The position numbers and the translations under genes were made by a program. A DNA stretch of 57,701 nt from Candidatus Limnocylindria bacterium. Lineage in GTDB: Bacteria; Chloroflexota; Limnocylindria; P2-11E. The stretch's first letter is position 1, and each line of letters starts with the position of its first letter. The notes beneath the pieces are model-generated. The model made no database searches and was not told where the DNA came from. It saw only the letters and a program-made list of their open reading frames with translations. Shown here in pieces: positions 37,502 through 47,135 of this stretch. The stretch spans positions 1 to 57,701 of the forward strand of contig DASWCU010000056.1 of assembly GCA_036389935.1 (NCBI GenBank), in the 5' to 3' direction.

Positions 37502-38434
37502 TCACGCGCCGCGCGCGAGGTCGCGCGCGAGCGGTGCGAACGCGTCGATGAATTCGCCGCGAACGCTGAAGTAGCTCCAGCCGAACGCCTCGCGCGTGCG
37601 AAGAAGCTGCGCACGCATCTCGTCGAGGGAACCGACGAGCAGGAACGGCGACCGGTCCGCGAGCTCGACGCTCCAGTTGAAGCGTTCGGCCACGCCGGGC
37701 AGCGCCGCGGCGCGATCGTCGGCGACGACGAGCATGAAGATCAGCGTGTTCAGCTCGAGCGACGCCAGCCGGTCCCCGGCGATCCGCCGCACGTACTCGG
37801 CACGCTCCATCGCCGCCTCGTAGGTGAAGTTCGCGCGATCGGGTGAGCCGTCGCGCTGCGTCCGCGGGACGACGGCCACGATGTCGGCCTCGCCCACGGC
37901 GAGCTCGAGGATCCGGTCTCCCCCACCCGCGATCATGATCGGCGGATGCGGCCGCTGGACCGGCCGCGGTCCCGCATGCGCGCTCGCGTGGCGGTAGTGG
38001 GTGCCGGCATGGGTCACCTCGTCCTCGGTCCACAGCCGCTTCAGCAGCGGCACCGCTTCGGCGAGCCGCTGCACCCGCACGGCCGGCGGGTCATACGCGA
38101 TGCCGAGGCTGTCGTTGTCGCGACGGAGCCAGCCGGCGCCGAAACCGAGCTCCAGGCGTCCGTTCGAGATCACGTCGACCGTCGCCGCCTCCCGCGCGAG
38201 CAGCAGTGGGTTGCGGAAGTCGTTGTCGATGACGAGCGTGCCGACGCGCAGCTCCCGCGTCGCCGTCGCCGCCGCCGCGAGCGCCGGGAACGGGGCGAGC
38301 CCGTCGCCGACGACGTGGTCGGCCGTGACGAGCGTGCCGTAGCCCAGCGCCTCGATGTGGCGCGCGTACGTGGCCCAGTCCCGACCCTTGGGCGGCGCGC
38401 CCGCCTGCACGGCGAACCGGAACGGCCGATCCAT
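37502..38434 (-). CDS. LLM-class (luciferase-like) oxidoreductase, probably F420-dependent
   Basis: MDRPFRFAVQ..., VSNGRLELGFGAGW and a ~310 aa TIM-barrel LLM pattern resembling the actinobacterial F420-dependent subgroup. Confidence 0.7.
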   Translation of the reverse strand: MDRPFRFAVQAGAPPKGRDWATYARHIEALGYGTLVTADHVVGDGLAPFPALAAAATATRELRVGTLVIDNDFRNPLLLAREAATVDVISNGRLELGFGAGWLRRDNDSLGIAYDPPAVRVQRLAEAVPLLKRLWTEDEVTHAGTHYRHASAHAGPRPVQRPHPPIMIAGGGDRILELAVGEADIVAVVPRTQRDGSPDRANFTYEAAMERAEYVRRIAGDRLASLELNTLIFMLVVADDRAAALPGVAERFNWSVELADRSPFLLVGSLDEMRAQLLRTREAFGWSYFSVRGEFIDAFAPLARDLARGA

Positions 38435-38493
38435 GGCTCAGCGGCGGTCCGAGGTGGAAGGTCCGCTCATGTCTCGGTCAGCCAGCGAGCCGG

Positions 38494-39843
38494 TCAGGCC
38501 TGCGTCGCGTATCGCCCGAAGAGGGCCACGGTCGCTCGGAGCGCCTTCCAGTAGTTGTCGAGCAGGATGTTCTCGTTCGGCGCGTGGGCCGCCGATCCCG
38601 GATGGCCCATCCCGAGGGTCACGTTCGCGAGCCTCCGTTTCCCGCAGACCACCCACATCGGCGAGGTGCCGCCCGATGACGGGATGAGCAGGGCCTCTTT
38701 CCCGAAGGCCTCCTCGGCGACCGCCTTGGCGGCGCGGACGAGCGGATCGTCGATGCGGCCGCGATACGGATGCTCCCCTTCCTTCGCGATCAGCTCCACG
38801 TCGCCGAAGCCGTGCCGATCGAGATGGTCGCGGAGCAGGGCGCGGATCCGCGCCGGCTCCTGGTCGGGGACGAGCCGGTAGTCGATCTTCACCATCGCCT
38901 CGGCCGGGATCACGGTCTTCGTCCCCTCGCTGATGAAGCCTGAGGAGATGCCGCAGATGTTGCACGTCGGCTCGTAGACCGACGCGAGGCGGACGTCGGC
39001 GTCGCCGCGACCCCACGCGAAGCGATCGATCGCGTAGATCCTCTTGACGACGTCCGCCTCGAACGGCAGCGCGGCGACGTGGTCGCGCTCGGCGTCGGTC
39101 GGCGGCCGCACGTCGTCGTAGAAGCCGTCGACGAGCACGTGCCCGCGATCGTCGATGAGCGTGTCGAGCAGCCGGACGAGCCGCCACGCCGCGTTCGGCA
39201 GGTGCGTCGCTCCGCCCGAATGCGCGTCGCGCGCCAGCGTTCGCACGCGCAGCTCGACGTAGAAGATGCCTTTGCCGCCGAGGAGCAGCTGCGGTCGCCC
39301 GGCCGCGTCGACGCCGCCCCCTTCCTTGAGCGCCGCGTCGCCATCGGTGAGGGTCGGATCGAGCGAGAGCAGCCGCTCGAGGTTGAGGCTGCCGCTCTCC
39401 TCCTCACCCTCGATGAGGAATCGGATCCGTATGGGAAGGTCGCCGTGGACCGCGCGGTACGCCTCGAGCGCCTGGATGCGCAGCAGCAGGTGCCCCTTGT
39501 TGTCATCCGCGCCGCGCGCGAAGACCGCGCCGTCCCGCACGGCCGGGTCGTACGGCGGCGTGGTCCAGAGCTCGACCGGCACCGCGGGCTGGACGTCGTA
39601 GTGCTGGACGCAGATGAGCGTTCGCCGGCCCGCGCCGGCCTCTCCGACTACGAGCGCGGGCCCGCCCTCGACCCGCAGCTCGCGCGCGCTCGCGCCGGCC
39701 GCTCTGAGGCGCTGGGCGCACCAGCGGGCGGCCTGGTCGAGCGCCTTCGGTTCGGTCGCCTCCGATCGGATCGCGCAGAGCTCGCGCAGCTCGGCCACGA
39801 GTCGGTCCCGGTTCGACATGAGGTAGCGGTCGAGGCCGTCCAC
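38494..39843 (-). CDS. M20-family metallopeptidase/dipeptidase (second paralogue)
   Basis: ICVQHYDVQPAVP, ARGADDNKGH and EGEEESGS motifs. GTG 39843 preferred by alignment with the paralogue's N-terminus; ATG 39819 is an alternative. Confidence 0.8.
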   Translation of the reverse strand: MDGLDRYLMSNRDRLVAELRELCAIRSEATEPKALDQAARWCAQRLRAAGASARELRVEGGPALVVGEAGAGRRTLICVQHYDVQPAVPVELWTTPPYDPAVRDGAVFARGADDNKGHLLLRIQALEAYRAVHGDLPIRIRFLIEGEEESGSLNLERLLSLDPTLTDGDAALKEGGGVDAAGRPQLLLGGKGIFYVELRVRTLARDAHSGGATHLPNAAWRLVRLLDTLIDDRGHVLVDGFYDDVRPPTDAERDHVAALPFEADVVKRIYAIDRFAWGRGDADVRLASVYEPTCNICGISSGFISEGTKTVIPAEAMVKIDYRLVPDQEPARIRALLRDHLDRHGFGDVELIAKEGEHPYRGRIDDPLVRAAKAVAEEAFGKEALLIPSSGGTSPMWVVCGKRRLANVTLGMGHPGSAAHAPNENILLDNYWKALRATVALFGRYATQA

Positions 39844-39871
39844 ACCGCGGAGTATCGCCGCGACGGCCCGC

Positions 39872-41578
39872 TCAGGGCACGACGCGGGTCGGGTCGGAGA
39901 GGAGCAGCGCGCGCAGGGCGTTCGGCCACGCGAAGTGGTGGCGCGACGCCACGGCACCCGTGCGCTCGTCGTACGCCTCCGGGAGCAGGTCGTCCCACGT
40001 CGCGACCGCGTCGAGACGGGAGGCCGCGCCATCCGCGCGCCGCGCCTCGCCGACGAGGCGCGCCACCACGAGGTCCTGCAGGTCGCCGAGCGGCCAGGGG
40101 TGGAGCGTGTGCACCGAGCCGAGCCCCGCGAGCGCTCCGCTCACGTATCCCTCGTTCGCGGCGCTCCAGGCGAAGTCGATCGTCGCGCGCCAGACCGGAT
40201 CATCGACCGCGCAGAATCGCCAGCCCGGCGCGAAGACGGTCGGGAGGTCGTTCGCGTCGTGGTAGTGGCGCGCGGCGTCACCCTCGCCGACGGCGTAGGC
40301 GAACCTGCCGTCCCGGGTGAAGTGCGACACGGTGTCCGCCCGCAGCCGGTCGGCGTCGGGATGGCCGAAGCGGTCGAGCACGTGCCAGAGCAGCACGTGG
40401 CTCGAGAAGTGATACGGCAGGCCCAGCGGATCGTCAGCCGGTGTCTCCATCGTCGCGATGAGGCCGAGCCGCCCGCGCCGCCCGAGGAGCCGATCCAGCG
40501 CGCGCCGCGCTTCGTTCCGATGGCGATCGGCGTCAAGCGCGAGCAGCAGCGGGTAGAGCTGCTGATCGAGCTGGAACTGCGGGTCCTTCACGGCGCCCGA
40601 GGCAAGGGACGATCGCGGCCACCACCCGCCGGGCCGCTCGGCGCGCTCGAAGAGCCAGCGGAGGAAGCCGGCGATCGCATTTCGCGCGCGCGGGTCGTCC
40701 GGGCGCAGCACGAGGAGCGCACGGGCGACGTAGTACGCGTCGCGGGTCCACACGAGCGGCAGGATCTCGTGATCCGCCATCAGTGCGACGATCCCATCGC
40801 CGAGCGCCGAGGCCGCGCAGTCGAGGCAGTACGAGAGCGCGCGCTCGACGATCACGTCGCCATGACGGCGCGACGGAGCGGCGCCATCCACGGGAGGACC
40901 GGCGTTGTCGGTTCCCGAGAGCGCTTCGGCGGCCGCGCCGAGGATCCGATCGGCTTCGTCGCGCGCCGCCTGGTCGCTCGGCCCGAGCGCGACGGCGAGG
41001 AGCACCTCCGCGCGCTCGCCGGGCGCGATCAGGTCCGGCCCGGCCGCCCGTGCGCACCACGCGGCGCCGAGCGTGCCGGGCACGACGGGAGGGAGCGGCC
41101 CGCCCTCGGTGAGCTGCGGGTACGCGGCCCGCGCGAGGAGCGGCTCGCCGGTGAGACGGCCCGGACGCGCGACGGGCACGTCGCCGGCAGTGATCCACGC
41201 GCGCTGGAGGACGCCGGCGCGCCCGGACGGCGCGAGCGTGAGCACCTCGACCGTCGCACCGCCTGCGGAGCGAACGATCCCGAGCGGCCACCGCTCATCG
41301 ACCAGTGACGCGTCGCCGCCGGCCGCGGCGATGGCCAGCCCGAAGCCCTCGCGCCGGAGATCCGCGAGCCGCGCTCGGTAGCGGCGCACGGCGGCCTGAT
41401 CGCGTCGGAGCTCGTCGGGGAATGGCTCCATGTCGCTCAGCACGACCCGACCATGCCGTGGATGCGCGATGCCGAGCGAAAGGATCCTGCCGCCGGGAGA
41501 GACCGTTCCCGACACGATGCCGTTCCCGAAGTCGAGCGGCTTGTACGGACGCGCCGGATCGAGCCTGCGCGCGCGCAT
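39872..41578 (-). CDS. (alpha/alpha)6-barrel glycoside-hydrolase-like protein (GH15/GH125-like), function uncertain
   Basis: C-terminal ~330 aa has WTRDAYYVARAL, QLDQQLYPLL, PYHFSSHVLLW and HYHDANDLP, reminiscent of six-hairpin glycosidases. The N-terminal ~230 aa is unassigned. Confidence 0.45.
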   Translation of the reverse strand: MRARRLDPARPYKPLDFGNGIVSGTVSPGGRILSLGIAHPRHGRVVLSDMEPFPDELRRDQAAVRRYRARLADLRREGFGLAIAAAGGDASLVDERWPLGIVRSAGGATVEVLTLAPSGRAGVLQRAWITAGDVPVARPGRLTGEPLLARAAYPQLTEGGPLPPVVPGTLGAAWCARAAGPDLIAPGERAEVLLAVALGPSDQAARDEADRILGAAAEALSGTDNAGPPVDGAAPSRRHGDVIVERALSYCLDCAASALGDGIVALMADHEILPLVWTRDAYYVARALLVLRPDDPRARNAIAGFLRWLFERAERPGGWWPRSSLASGAVKDPQFQLDQQLYPLLLALDADRHRNEARRALDRLLGRRGRLGLIATMETPADDPLGLPYHFSSHVLLWHVLDRFGHPDADRLRADTVSHFTRDGRFAYAVGEGDAARHYHDANDLPTVFAPGWRFCAVDDPVWRATIDFAWSAANEGYVSGALAGLGSVHTLHPWPLGDLQDLVVARLVGEARRADGAASRLDAVATWDDLLPEAYDERTGAVASRHHFAWPNALRALLLSDPTRVVP

Positions 41579-41605
41579 GACGGTCAGCGCGCGAGGCGCG
41601 CGGGC

Positions 41606-42832
41606 TCAGCCGTCGGTGCGCTCGAGGATCGTCGCGATGCCCTGGCCGGCGCCGATGCACATCGTCGCGAGCGCGTATCTCGCGTTCCGCCGGCCGAGCT
41701 CCAGCGCGGCCGTGCCGGCGAGGCGCGCGCCGCTCGCGCCCAGCGGGTGACCGATCGCGATCGCGCCGCCGTTCGGATTCACGCGCGACTCATCCCGCCA
41801 ATCCACGCCGAGCTCGTTCAGACAGGCGATCACCTGGCTCGCGAACGCCTCGTTCAGCTCGATGAGATCCATGTCCTCGATCGCGAGCCCCGCGCGCCCG
41901 AGGGCCTTGCGCGTAGCGGGGATCGGGCCGAGACCCATCTCGTCCGGCCGAACCCCGGCGACCGCGGTGCTGACCACGCGCGCGAGCGGACGTAGGCGAA
42001 GCGCCCGCGCGCGCTCGGCCGACGCGACGATCAGTGCGGACGCGCCGTCGTTGATGCCCGAGCTGTTACCCGCGGTGACCGAGCCGCCGCTCGCGAACGC
42101 GGGGCGCAGCGCGGCGAGCGCATCGAGCGTTGTCCCGGGGCGAGGGTGCTCGTCGACGTCGACGACGACCTCGCCGCCCTTCGGCTGGGGCACCGGTGTC
42201 GCGACGATCTCCTCGGCGAGCCGGCCGCTCGACATGGCGCGTGCGGCCTTCTGCTGGCTGAGCAACGCGAGGCAGTCCTGGTCCTCGCGGCGGATCCTGC
42301 GCCGTTCGGCCACGTTCTCGGCGGTCTCGCCGAGCGACGCGGTGTGCGCGTCGGCGACGAGCTTCGGGTGCGTGAAGCGCCAGCCGATGGTGCTGTCCGC
42401 CATCGCCGGCGTGCCGCGCGGGTACGCGAGCTCGGGCTTGAGCATCACGATCGGCGCTCTCGTCATGCTCTCGACGCCGCCGGCGACGAAGAGGTCGCCC
42501 TGCTTGCTCCAGATCGCCTGCGCCGCGTCGTTCAGCGCTTGCAGGCTCGAGCCGCAGAGCCGGTTCACGGTCTGGCCGGGCACCTCGACCGGGAAGCCGG
42601 CGAGGAGCACCGCGATCCGGGCGACGTTGCGATTGTCCTCTCCGGCCTGGTTCCCGCAGCCGAGGATGACGTCGTCGAGATCGGCCGGATCGATGCCCGC
42701 CCGCTCCACGACCGTGCGTACGGTGTGCGCGGCCATCACGTCGGGGCGAAGCCCGGCGAGCGCACCGCCGTACCGGCCGAACGGGGTCCGCACGTACCCG
42801 CAGATGACCGCGTCGCGCGGCTGCAGCGCCAT
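41606..42832 (-). CDS. Acetyl-CoA C-acetyltransferase (thiolase)
   Basis: NRLCGSSLQA active-site Cys, NEAFA, GHPLGASG and CIGAGQG motifs. Confidence 0.9.
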   Translation of the reverse strand: MALQPRDAVICGYVRTPFGRYGGALAGLRPDVMAAHTVRTVVERAGIDPADLDDVILGCGNQAGEDNRNVARIAVLLAGFPVEVPGQTVNRLCGSSLQALNDAAQAIWSKQGDLFVAGGVESMTRAPIVMLKPELAYPRGTPAMADSTIGWRFTHPKLVADAHTASLGETAENVAERRRIRREDQDCLALLSQQKAARAMSSGRLAEEIVATPVPQPKGGEVVVDVDEHPRPGTTLDALAALRPAFASGGSVTAGNSSGINDGASALIVASAERARALRLRPLARVVSTAVAGVRPDEMGLGPIPATRKALGRAGLAIEDMDLIELNEAFASQVIACLNELGVDWRDESRVNPNGGAIAIGHPLGASGARLAGTAALELGRRNARYALATMCIGAGQGIATILERTDG

Positions 42833-42956
42833 GGCCTAAGTGTCGCACCGGCCACGGGCCGCATGGCCCGCCGACTATGGGCCATTTGGCGCACGCGGAG
42901 CCGTGTCTCGGCCGATACGGTCCTCGAGCGGGGCGACTCCCGGGGGAGACCGAAGC

Positions 42957-43385
42957 ATGCGCGCTGTCCACGCCACCCACGAAGGTGGAGACCGCTTCCG
43001 GCTGAGCCTGCGGACGCACGAGCTGCGGGTCGATCAACCCCGGGACGAGGGTGGCACCGATACCGCCCCGACCCCGGTCGAGCTGTTCGTCGCGAGCATC
43101 GTGGCCTGCCAGGGATTCTTCGCGCGGCGGTTCCTCGCTCGCCACGGCATCGCGGACGGGGAGCTCGAGCTCGACGCCGAGTACGAGCTGGCCGCGGATC
43201 CATCGCGGGTGGCGAGCGTCCACACGCGGCTCCATCTGCCGCGCGCGCTCCCTGCCGGCGTCGAGGCGGGACTCCGGCGGGCCGTCGAGAGCTGCACCGT
43301 TCACCACTCGATCCGCTCGTCGCCGTCGATCGACCTGAGCCTCGCGACGCCCGCCGAGCTCAGCGTCCCAGTGGGCGCGCGCTGA
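42957..43385 (+). CDS. OsmC/Ohr-family peroxiredoxin-like protein
   Basis: Internal ATG 42957 with a GGGGGAG RBS. TPVELFVASIVAC and VESCTVH (the two conserved Cys). Confidence 0.75.
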   Translation: MRAVHATHEGGDRFRLSLRTHELRVDQPRDEGGTDTAPTPVELFVASIVACQGFFARRFLARHGIADGELELDAEYELAADPSRVASVHTRLHLPRALPAGVEAGLRRAVESCTVHHSIRSSPSIDLSLATPAELSVPVGAR

Positions 43386-44095
43386 TGGGGGCGGCCCGGG
43401 CCAGATCGCGGCGCCGCGGCGCGGCGCCCGGCCGGGGTCCATCACGCCACCAGCTCCTCATCGTCGCCGCGGCGGCGGCGCTCGCGGTGGTCGCGCTGAT
43501 CTGGGCGGGCAACGTGCCGGCTTCGGAGACGCTGGCGAGCACGTCCGGAACGGACGGCGCGCGCAGCACCGCACTCGTGGCCGGCAATCAGCGCGGGGCC
43601 GCGAGCGCACCGGTCACGATCGACGAGTGGGCGGACTTCCAGTGCCCGGCCTGCCGCTCCTTCGCCCTCGGGGCCGAGCGCGAGCTGCTCGGCTCGTACA
43701 TCCCGAACGGGCAGGTACGGATCCTCTTCCACAACTTCGCGTTCCTCGGCGCGGAATCCGAGTGGGCCGCCGAGGCCGCCGAATGCGCTCGCGACCAGGG
43801 TCGATTCTTCGACTACCACGATCGGCTCTACGCGGCGCAGTCCGGCGAGAACCGGGGCACGTTCACGAAGGCCAACCTCGAGCGGATCGCGGGCGAGCTC
43901 GGGCTCGACCAGAGCTTCAAGTCATGCCTGGCGTCGGACCGGTATCTCCAGCGCGTGCGGGACGAGCACGCGACCGGTCAGGCGAAGGGCGTGCGCGCGA
44001 CGCCGACGCTGTTCGTGAACGGACAGAAGATGGAGGGTGCGCCCTCCGCCGACCAGCTGCGCGCCGTGATCGATCGCCTCCTGGCGGCCCGATGA
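43385..44095 (+). CDS. DsbA-family thiol:disulfide oxidoreductase, membrane-anchored/secreted
   Basis: TGATG overlap with the OsmC stop. N-terminal TM (LLIVAAAAALAVVALIW), EWADFQCPACR active site and GVRATPTLFVNG cis-Pro loop. Confidence 0.8.
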   Translation: MGAARARSRRRGAAPGRGPSRHQLLIVAAAAALAVVALIWAGNVPASETLASTSGTDGARSTALVAGNQRGAASAPVTIDEWADFQCPACRSFALGAERELLGSYIPNGQVRILFHNFAFLGAESEWAAEAAECARDQGRFFDYHDRLYAAQSGENRGTFTKANLERIAGELGLDQSFKSCLASDRYLQRVRDEHATGQAKGVRATPTLFVNGQKMEGAPSADQLRAVIDRLLAAR

Positions 44096-44556
44096 CCGGG
44101 CGGCGTGCGATTGTGGCCCTCTCCGCGCTGGGCGTCCTCGTCTCCGCCTACCTCACCTGGGTGCACTGGTCGGGCGAGCTCGCCCTCTGCATCGGCGTCG
44201 GCGGATGCGAGACGGTGCAGACGAGCCGCTTCGCCGAGGTGGCGGGGGTGCCCGTGGCGCTGCTCGGGGCGATCGGCTTCGCCGGCCTGGGGGCGCTTGG
44301 CTTGCTCCGCCTGCGGGCCGAACCGGCGCCGTGGACGCTGACGGCGCTGTTCGGGCTCGCCTTCGGCGCCACGCTGTACGCGGCCTATCTCACGTACCTG
44401 GAGCTCGCCGTCATCGGTGCGATCTGCCCGTGGTGCGTCAGCGTGGCGACGATCGTGACCGCGATCTTCGTCCTGGCGGTGCGGGAGCTCGCCGACGTTG
44501 ACGGCCGGACGATCTCACGCCCGCTTCAGCCCAGGGCGCGGCGCTCAGGCCCCTGA
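44092..44556 (+). CDS. Vitamin K epoxide reductase (VKOR) family membrane protein
   Basis: ATGA overlap with the DsbA stop. CIGVGGC loop cysteines and the CPWC motif in the last TM helix. Confidence 0.8.
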   Translation: MTGRRAIVALSALGVLVSAYLTWVHWSGELALCIGVGGCETVQTSRFAEVAGVPVALLGAIGFAGLGALGLLRLRAEPAPWTLTALFGLAFGATLYAAYLTYLELAVIGAICPWCVSVATIVTAIFVLAVRELADVDGRTISRPLQPRARRSGP

Positions 44557-44571
44557 CGGGCGCGGGAGCGG

Positions 44572-45177
44572 CTACCGCTCCTGCTTCACGCGCTCCGGGA
44601 AATAGGTTCGGACCTTCTTCACCTTCGGCTGGGCGTTGTACACGATGTACGGGTCCGACGGATTCCGCGCGGCGTAGTCCTGGTGATACGGCTCGGCCTC
44701 GTAGAAGGCCTCGAGCGAGCGAACCTCGGTGACGATCGGCGCGTCGAACACGTGCGCGCGCTCGAGCTGCGCGATGTACGCCTCCGCGATCCGCTTCTGC
44801 TCCGCGTCCGCGAAGAAGATGGCCGACCGGTACTGGCGGCCGACGTCGGGCCCCTGCCGATCGCGTTGGGTCGGGTCATGTGCGATCGAGAAGAAGACCT
44901 TGAGGAGCTGACCGTAGCTCGTGCGACCGGGATCGAACCGGACCTCGACCGCCTCGGCGTGGTCCGTGCGGCCGCCCGAGACGGTCCGGTAGTCGGCCGT
45001 GTCGCCCGTGCCGCCCGCGTACCCCGACACCACCGCGGTCACGCCGTCGAGCTGCTTGTACACCGCCTCGACGCACCAGAAGCAGCCGCCCGCGAGCACC
45101 GCCCGGGCCGAGCCGGCCGCCCCGCCGGTCGGGCTGTCATCGGCAGGGTCGGGGAACTTCGTCGGATCGATCGGCAT
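44572..45177 (-). CDS. msrA: Peptide-methionine (S)-S-oxide reductase
   Basis: Internal ATG 45177. [23 protein letters not shown] and YHQDY motifs. Confidence 0.9.
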   Translation of the reverse strand: MPIDPTKFPDPADDSPTGGAAGSARAVLAGGCFWCVEAVYKQLDGVTAVVSGYAGGTGDTADYRTVSGGRTDHAEAVEVRFDPGRTSYGQLLKVFFSIAHDPTQRDRQGPDVGRQYRSAIFFADAEQKRIAEAYIAQLERAHVFDAPIVTEVRSLEAFYEAEPYHQDYAARNPSDPYIVYNAQPKVKKVRTYFPERVKQER

Positions 45178-45304
45178 CGCCGACACTCTAGGCGAGATCC
45201 CGGTGCGTTCGGAACGCGCCGGCCGGATCGGCGAACGCTTCCGGCGACGCCGAGGCGTGCGTAGGATGGCGCACGTCGCGCGAACGACCCGAGGAGAAGG
45301 GATC

Positions 45305-45982
45305 ATGGGCTTCAGACAGATCACCGGCTTTGCCGGCATCGCCACCGTTCTCGTCGGCGCCATCGCCGTTTTCTTCCCCGCCAACGGCGACTACCCGACC
45401 ATCGCGAGCCCCGGGAAGGACATCGCGAGCTTCTACGCCCGCAACCGCGACGTCACCGTCACGACGTCGCTGCTCGGCGCGGGGCTGCTGTTCCTGATCG
45501 TCGTCTTCGCGGCCGGCGTGTACCAGACGCTCCGGGATGCGGAGCGGCCCCGCGGGGAGGGCTGGTCGCTCATCGGGCTGCTCGGGGCCACGGCGATGAG
45601 CGTGACCTACGTGATCGCGATCGCTCCGACGGTCGCGCTGACCGTCGGGTCGAGCGACCTCGCGGGCCAGGACGCGCTCGTTCGAGCGCTCTACCTCTTG
45701 GGGAACGCCGTCGGGTCGCTCGGCGGGGCCTTCGCCGCGCTCTACCTCGTCGGATTCGGCATCGCCATCCTGCGGACCGGCGCGTTGCCGGCCTGGACCG
45801 GCTGGCTCGGGCTCGTCGCCGCGGCGCTGAGCCTCATCGGCGTACCGGCGGCGGTCGCGGCCGGACCGTGGGCGGCCATCGGCTACGTCGGGGGCATCGG
45901 CGGGTTCCTGCTCTGGACGCTCGTCGTGGCGGTCTGGATGGTGCGCTCGGTGAGGCCGATGGTGGTGCGAGCGCCGGCGTGA
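45305..45982 (+). CDS. Integral membrane protein (DUF4386-like), function unknown
   Basis: Internal ATG 45305 with a GAGGAGAAGG RBS. About 6 hydrophobic helices. Confidence 0.5.
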   Translation: MGFRQITGFAGIATVLVGAIAVFFPANGDYPTIASPGKDIASFYARNRDVTVTTSLLGAGLLFLIVVFAAGVYQTLRDAERPRGEGWSLIGLLGATAMSVTYVIAIAPTVALTVGSSDLAGQDALVRALYLLGNAVGSLGGAFAALYLVGFGIAILRTGALPAWTGWLGLVAAALSLIGVPAAVAAGPWAAIGYVGGIGGFLLWTLVVAVWMVRSVRPMVVRAPA

Positions 45983-46037
45983 CCGCCGGCCCGCCGCGGC
46001 GCGACCGTATGCTGCGCTGATCCGCCGCCCGAACGCC

Positions 46038-47030
46038 ATGTTCGTGTGCGCCCTTCTCTCCGGCGCGGCGATGCTCGCGTGCACGGCGAGCGCGCCGGTC
46101 GCGCCCAGTGCATCGCCGGGCGCGAGCGGTGGCTACGTTGTGCTCGGGACGTGGAGCGGCCCCGGCACGCAGAACACCGAGGACTTCACGGTCAATGCTG
46201 CGAAGGGCCCGTGGCGGATCCGCTGGTCGATCTCGGGCGGCGTGCCGTTCGTGATCACGCTCTACCGCTCCACTGGGCAGCTGATCGACTCGTTCTCGGG
46301 CCTGAGCGGAACGAGGGACGAGCGCGAGACCGGCACCTTCTATCTCGACCTCGGCGGGTACGAGCCGTGGACGGTCGCGGTCGAGCACCCCGCGCCTGCG
46401 CCGGCACAGCCGTCGGCGCCCGCCTACACGGCGGTACGGATGTGGACGGGGACAGGCGCCCTGAACACCGACGCATTCGCGGCGACGGCCGCGGGCGGAC
46501 CATGGCGGGTACGCTGGTCGTTCACCGGCGACCGGCAGCTCTCGATCGGCGTGCACATCGCCGGCACCGTCGCGAACGGGCCATTCGAGCCGCGCGAGCT
46601 CGTCGACTCGCCCGCCGGCGTGACCGGCATGAGCTACCAGCGCCTCACGGGTGCCTTCTACCTCCACCTGGAGGGCGAAGGCACGTGGACCGTGACGGCG
46701 GAACAGGTGCCGCCGATCCCGGCCCAGCCGGCGACGCGGGGCTACACGGCGGTGAAGAACATGAGCGGCACAGCCGCCGTGCGGACCGACGCCTTCGCCG
46801 TCGACGTCGCGAATGGGCCGTGGCGGATCCGCTGGACGGTCGCGGGAGGCCCGGCCGCCTCGATCGCGGTCCGGGCCGCGCAGCCGTTCGGCGGCCACCT
46901 CGCGGATGAGCTGCTCGAGACCGCGTCCGGGCCGAGCGGCGGGACGACGTACGTGCACCTCGGCGGCACCTTCTATCTCGAGGTCACGGCGCAGCGTCCA
47001 TGGACGGTGACGATCGAGCGCGCGGACTGA
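46038..47030 (+). CDS. Secreted/lipoprotein composed of three tandem ~95-aa beta-rich repeats, function unknown
   Basis: Signal peptide with Cys15 (AAMLAC). The repeats share xYTAVxxxSGxGxxNTDAFxxxxxxGPWRIRWSxxG....GxFYLxLxGxxxWTVTxE and are separated by PAPAPAQPSAP / VPPIPAQPATR linkers. Confidence 0.6.
   Translation: MFVCALLSGAAMLACTASAPVAPSASPGASGGYVVLGTWSGPGTQNTEDFTVNAAKGPWRIRWSISGGVPFVITLYRSTGQLIDSFSGLSGTRDERETGTFYLDLGGYEPWTVAVEHPAPAPAQPSAPAYTAVRMWTGTGALNTDAFAATAAGGPWRVRWSFTGDRQLSIGVHIAGTVANGPFEPRELVDSPAGVTGMSYQRLTGAFYLHLEGEGTWTVTAEQVPPIPAQPATRGYTAVKNMSGTAAVRTDAFAVDVANGPWRIRWTVAGGPAASIAVRAAQPFGGHLADELLETASGPSGGTTYVHLGGTFYLEVTAQRPWTVTIERAD
46131..47027 (+). repeat. Three in-frame tandem protein-level repeats (approx 46131..46388, 46422..46706, 46740..47027)
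   Basis: Manual alignment of the three segments of the 330-aa product. GPWR[IV]RW and WTV[AT] anchors are conserved in all three. Confidence 0.7.
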
Positions 47031-47034
47031 CCTC

Positions 47035-47054
47035 TCGCGCGCCCGGACGCGCGA
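47035..47054 (+). terminator. GC hairpin 5 nt after the lipoprotein stop
   Basis: TCGCGCG-CCCGGA-CGCGCGA. Followed by AACCCC, with no U-tract. Confidence 0.35.
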
Positions 47055-47135
47055 AACCCCTAGGCTCGGACCGAGGCGATGAGGCTCGCCTGAACCGCCG
47101 CCCCGAGCGGCTGATGGCCTCTACCGATCAGACAC

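Noticed and set aside
42066-43445. 459-aa minus ORF and the N-terminal 410 codons of plus ORF 42146..44095
   Set aside because: These are shadows across the thiolase and OsmC genes. Only the C-terminal DsbA part (43385..44095) shows a real signal anchor and the CPAC motif.
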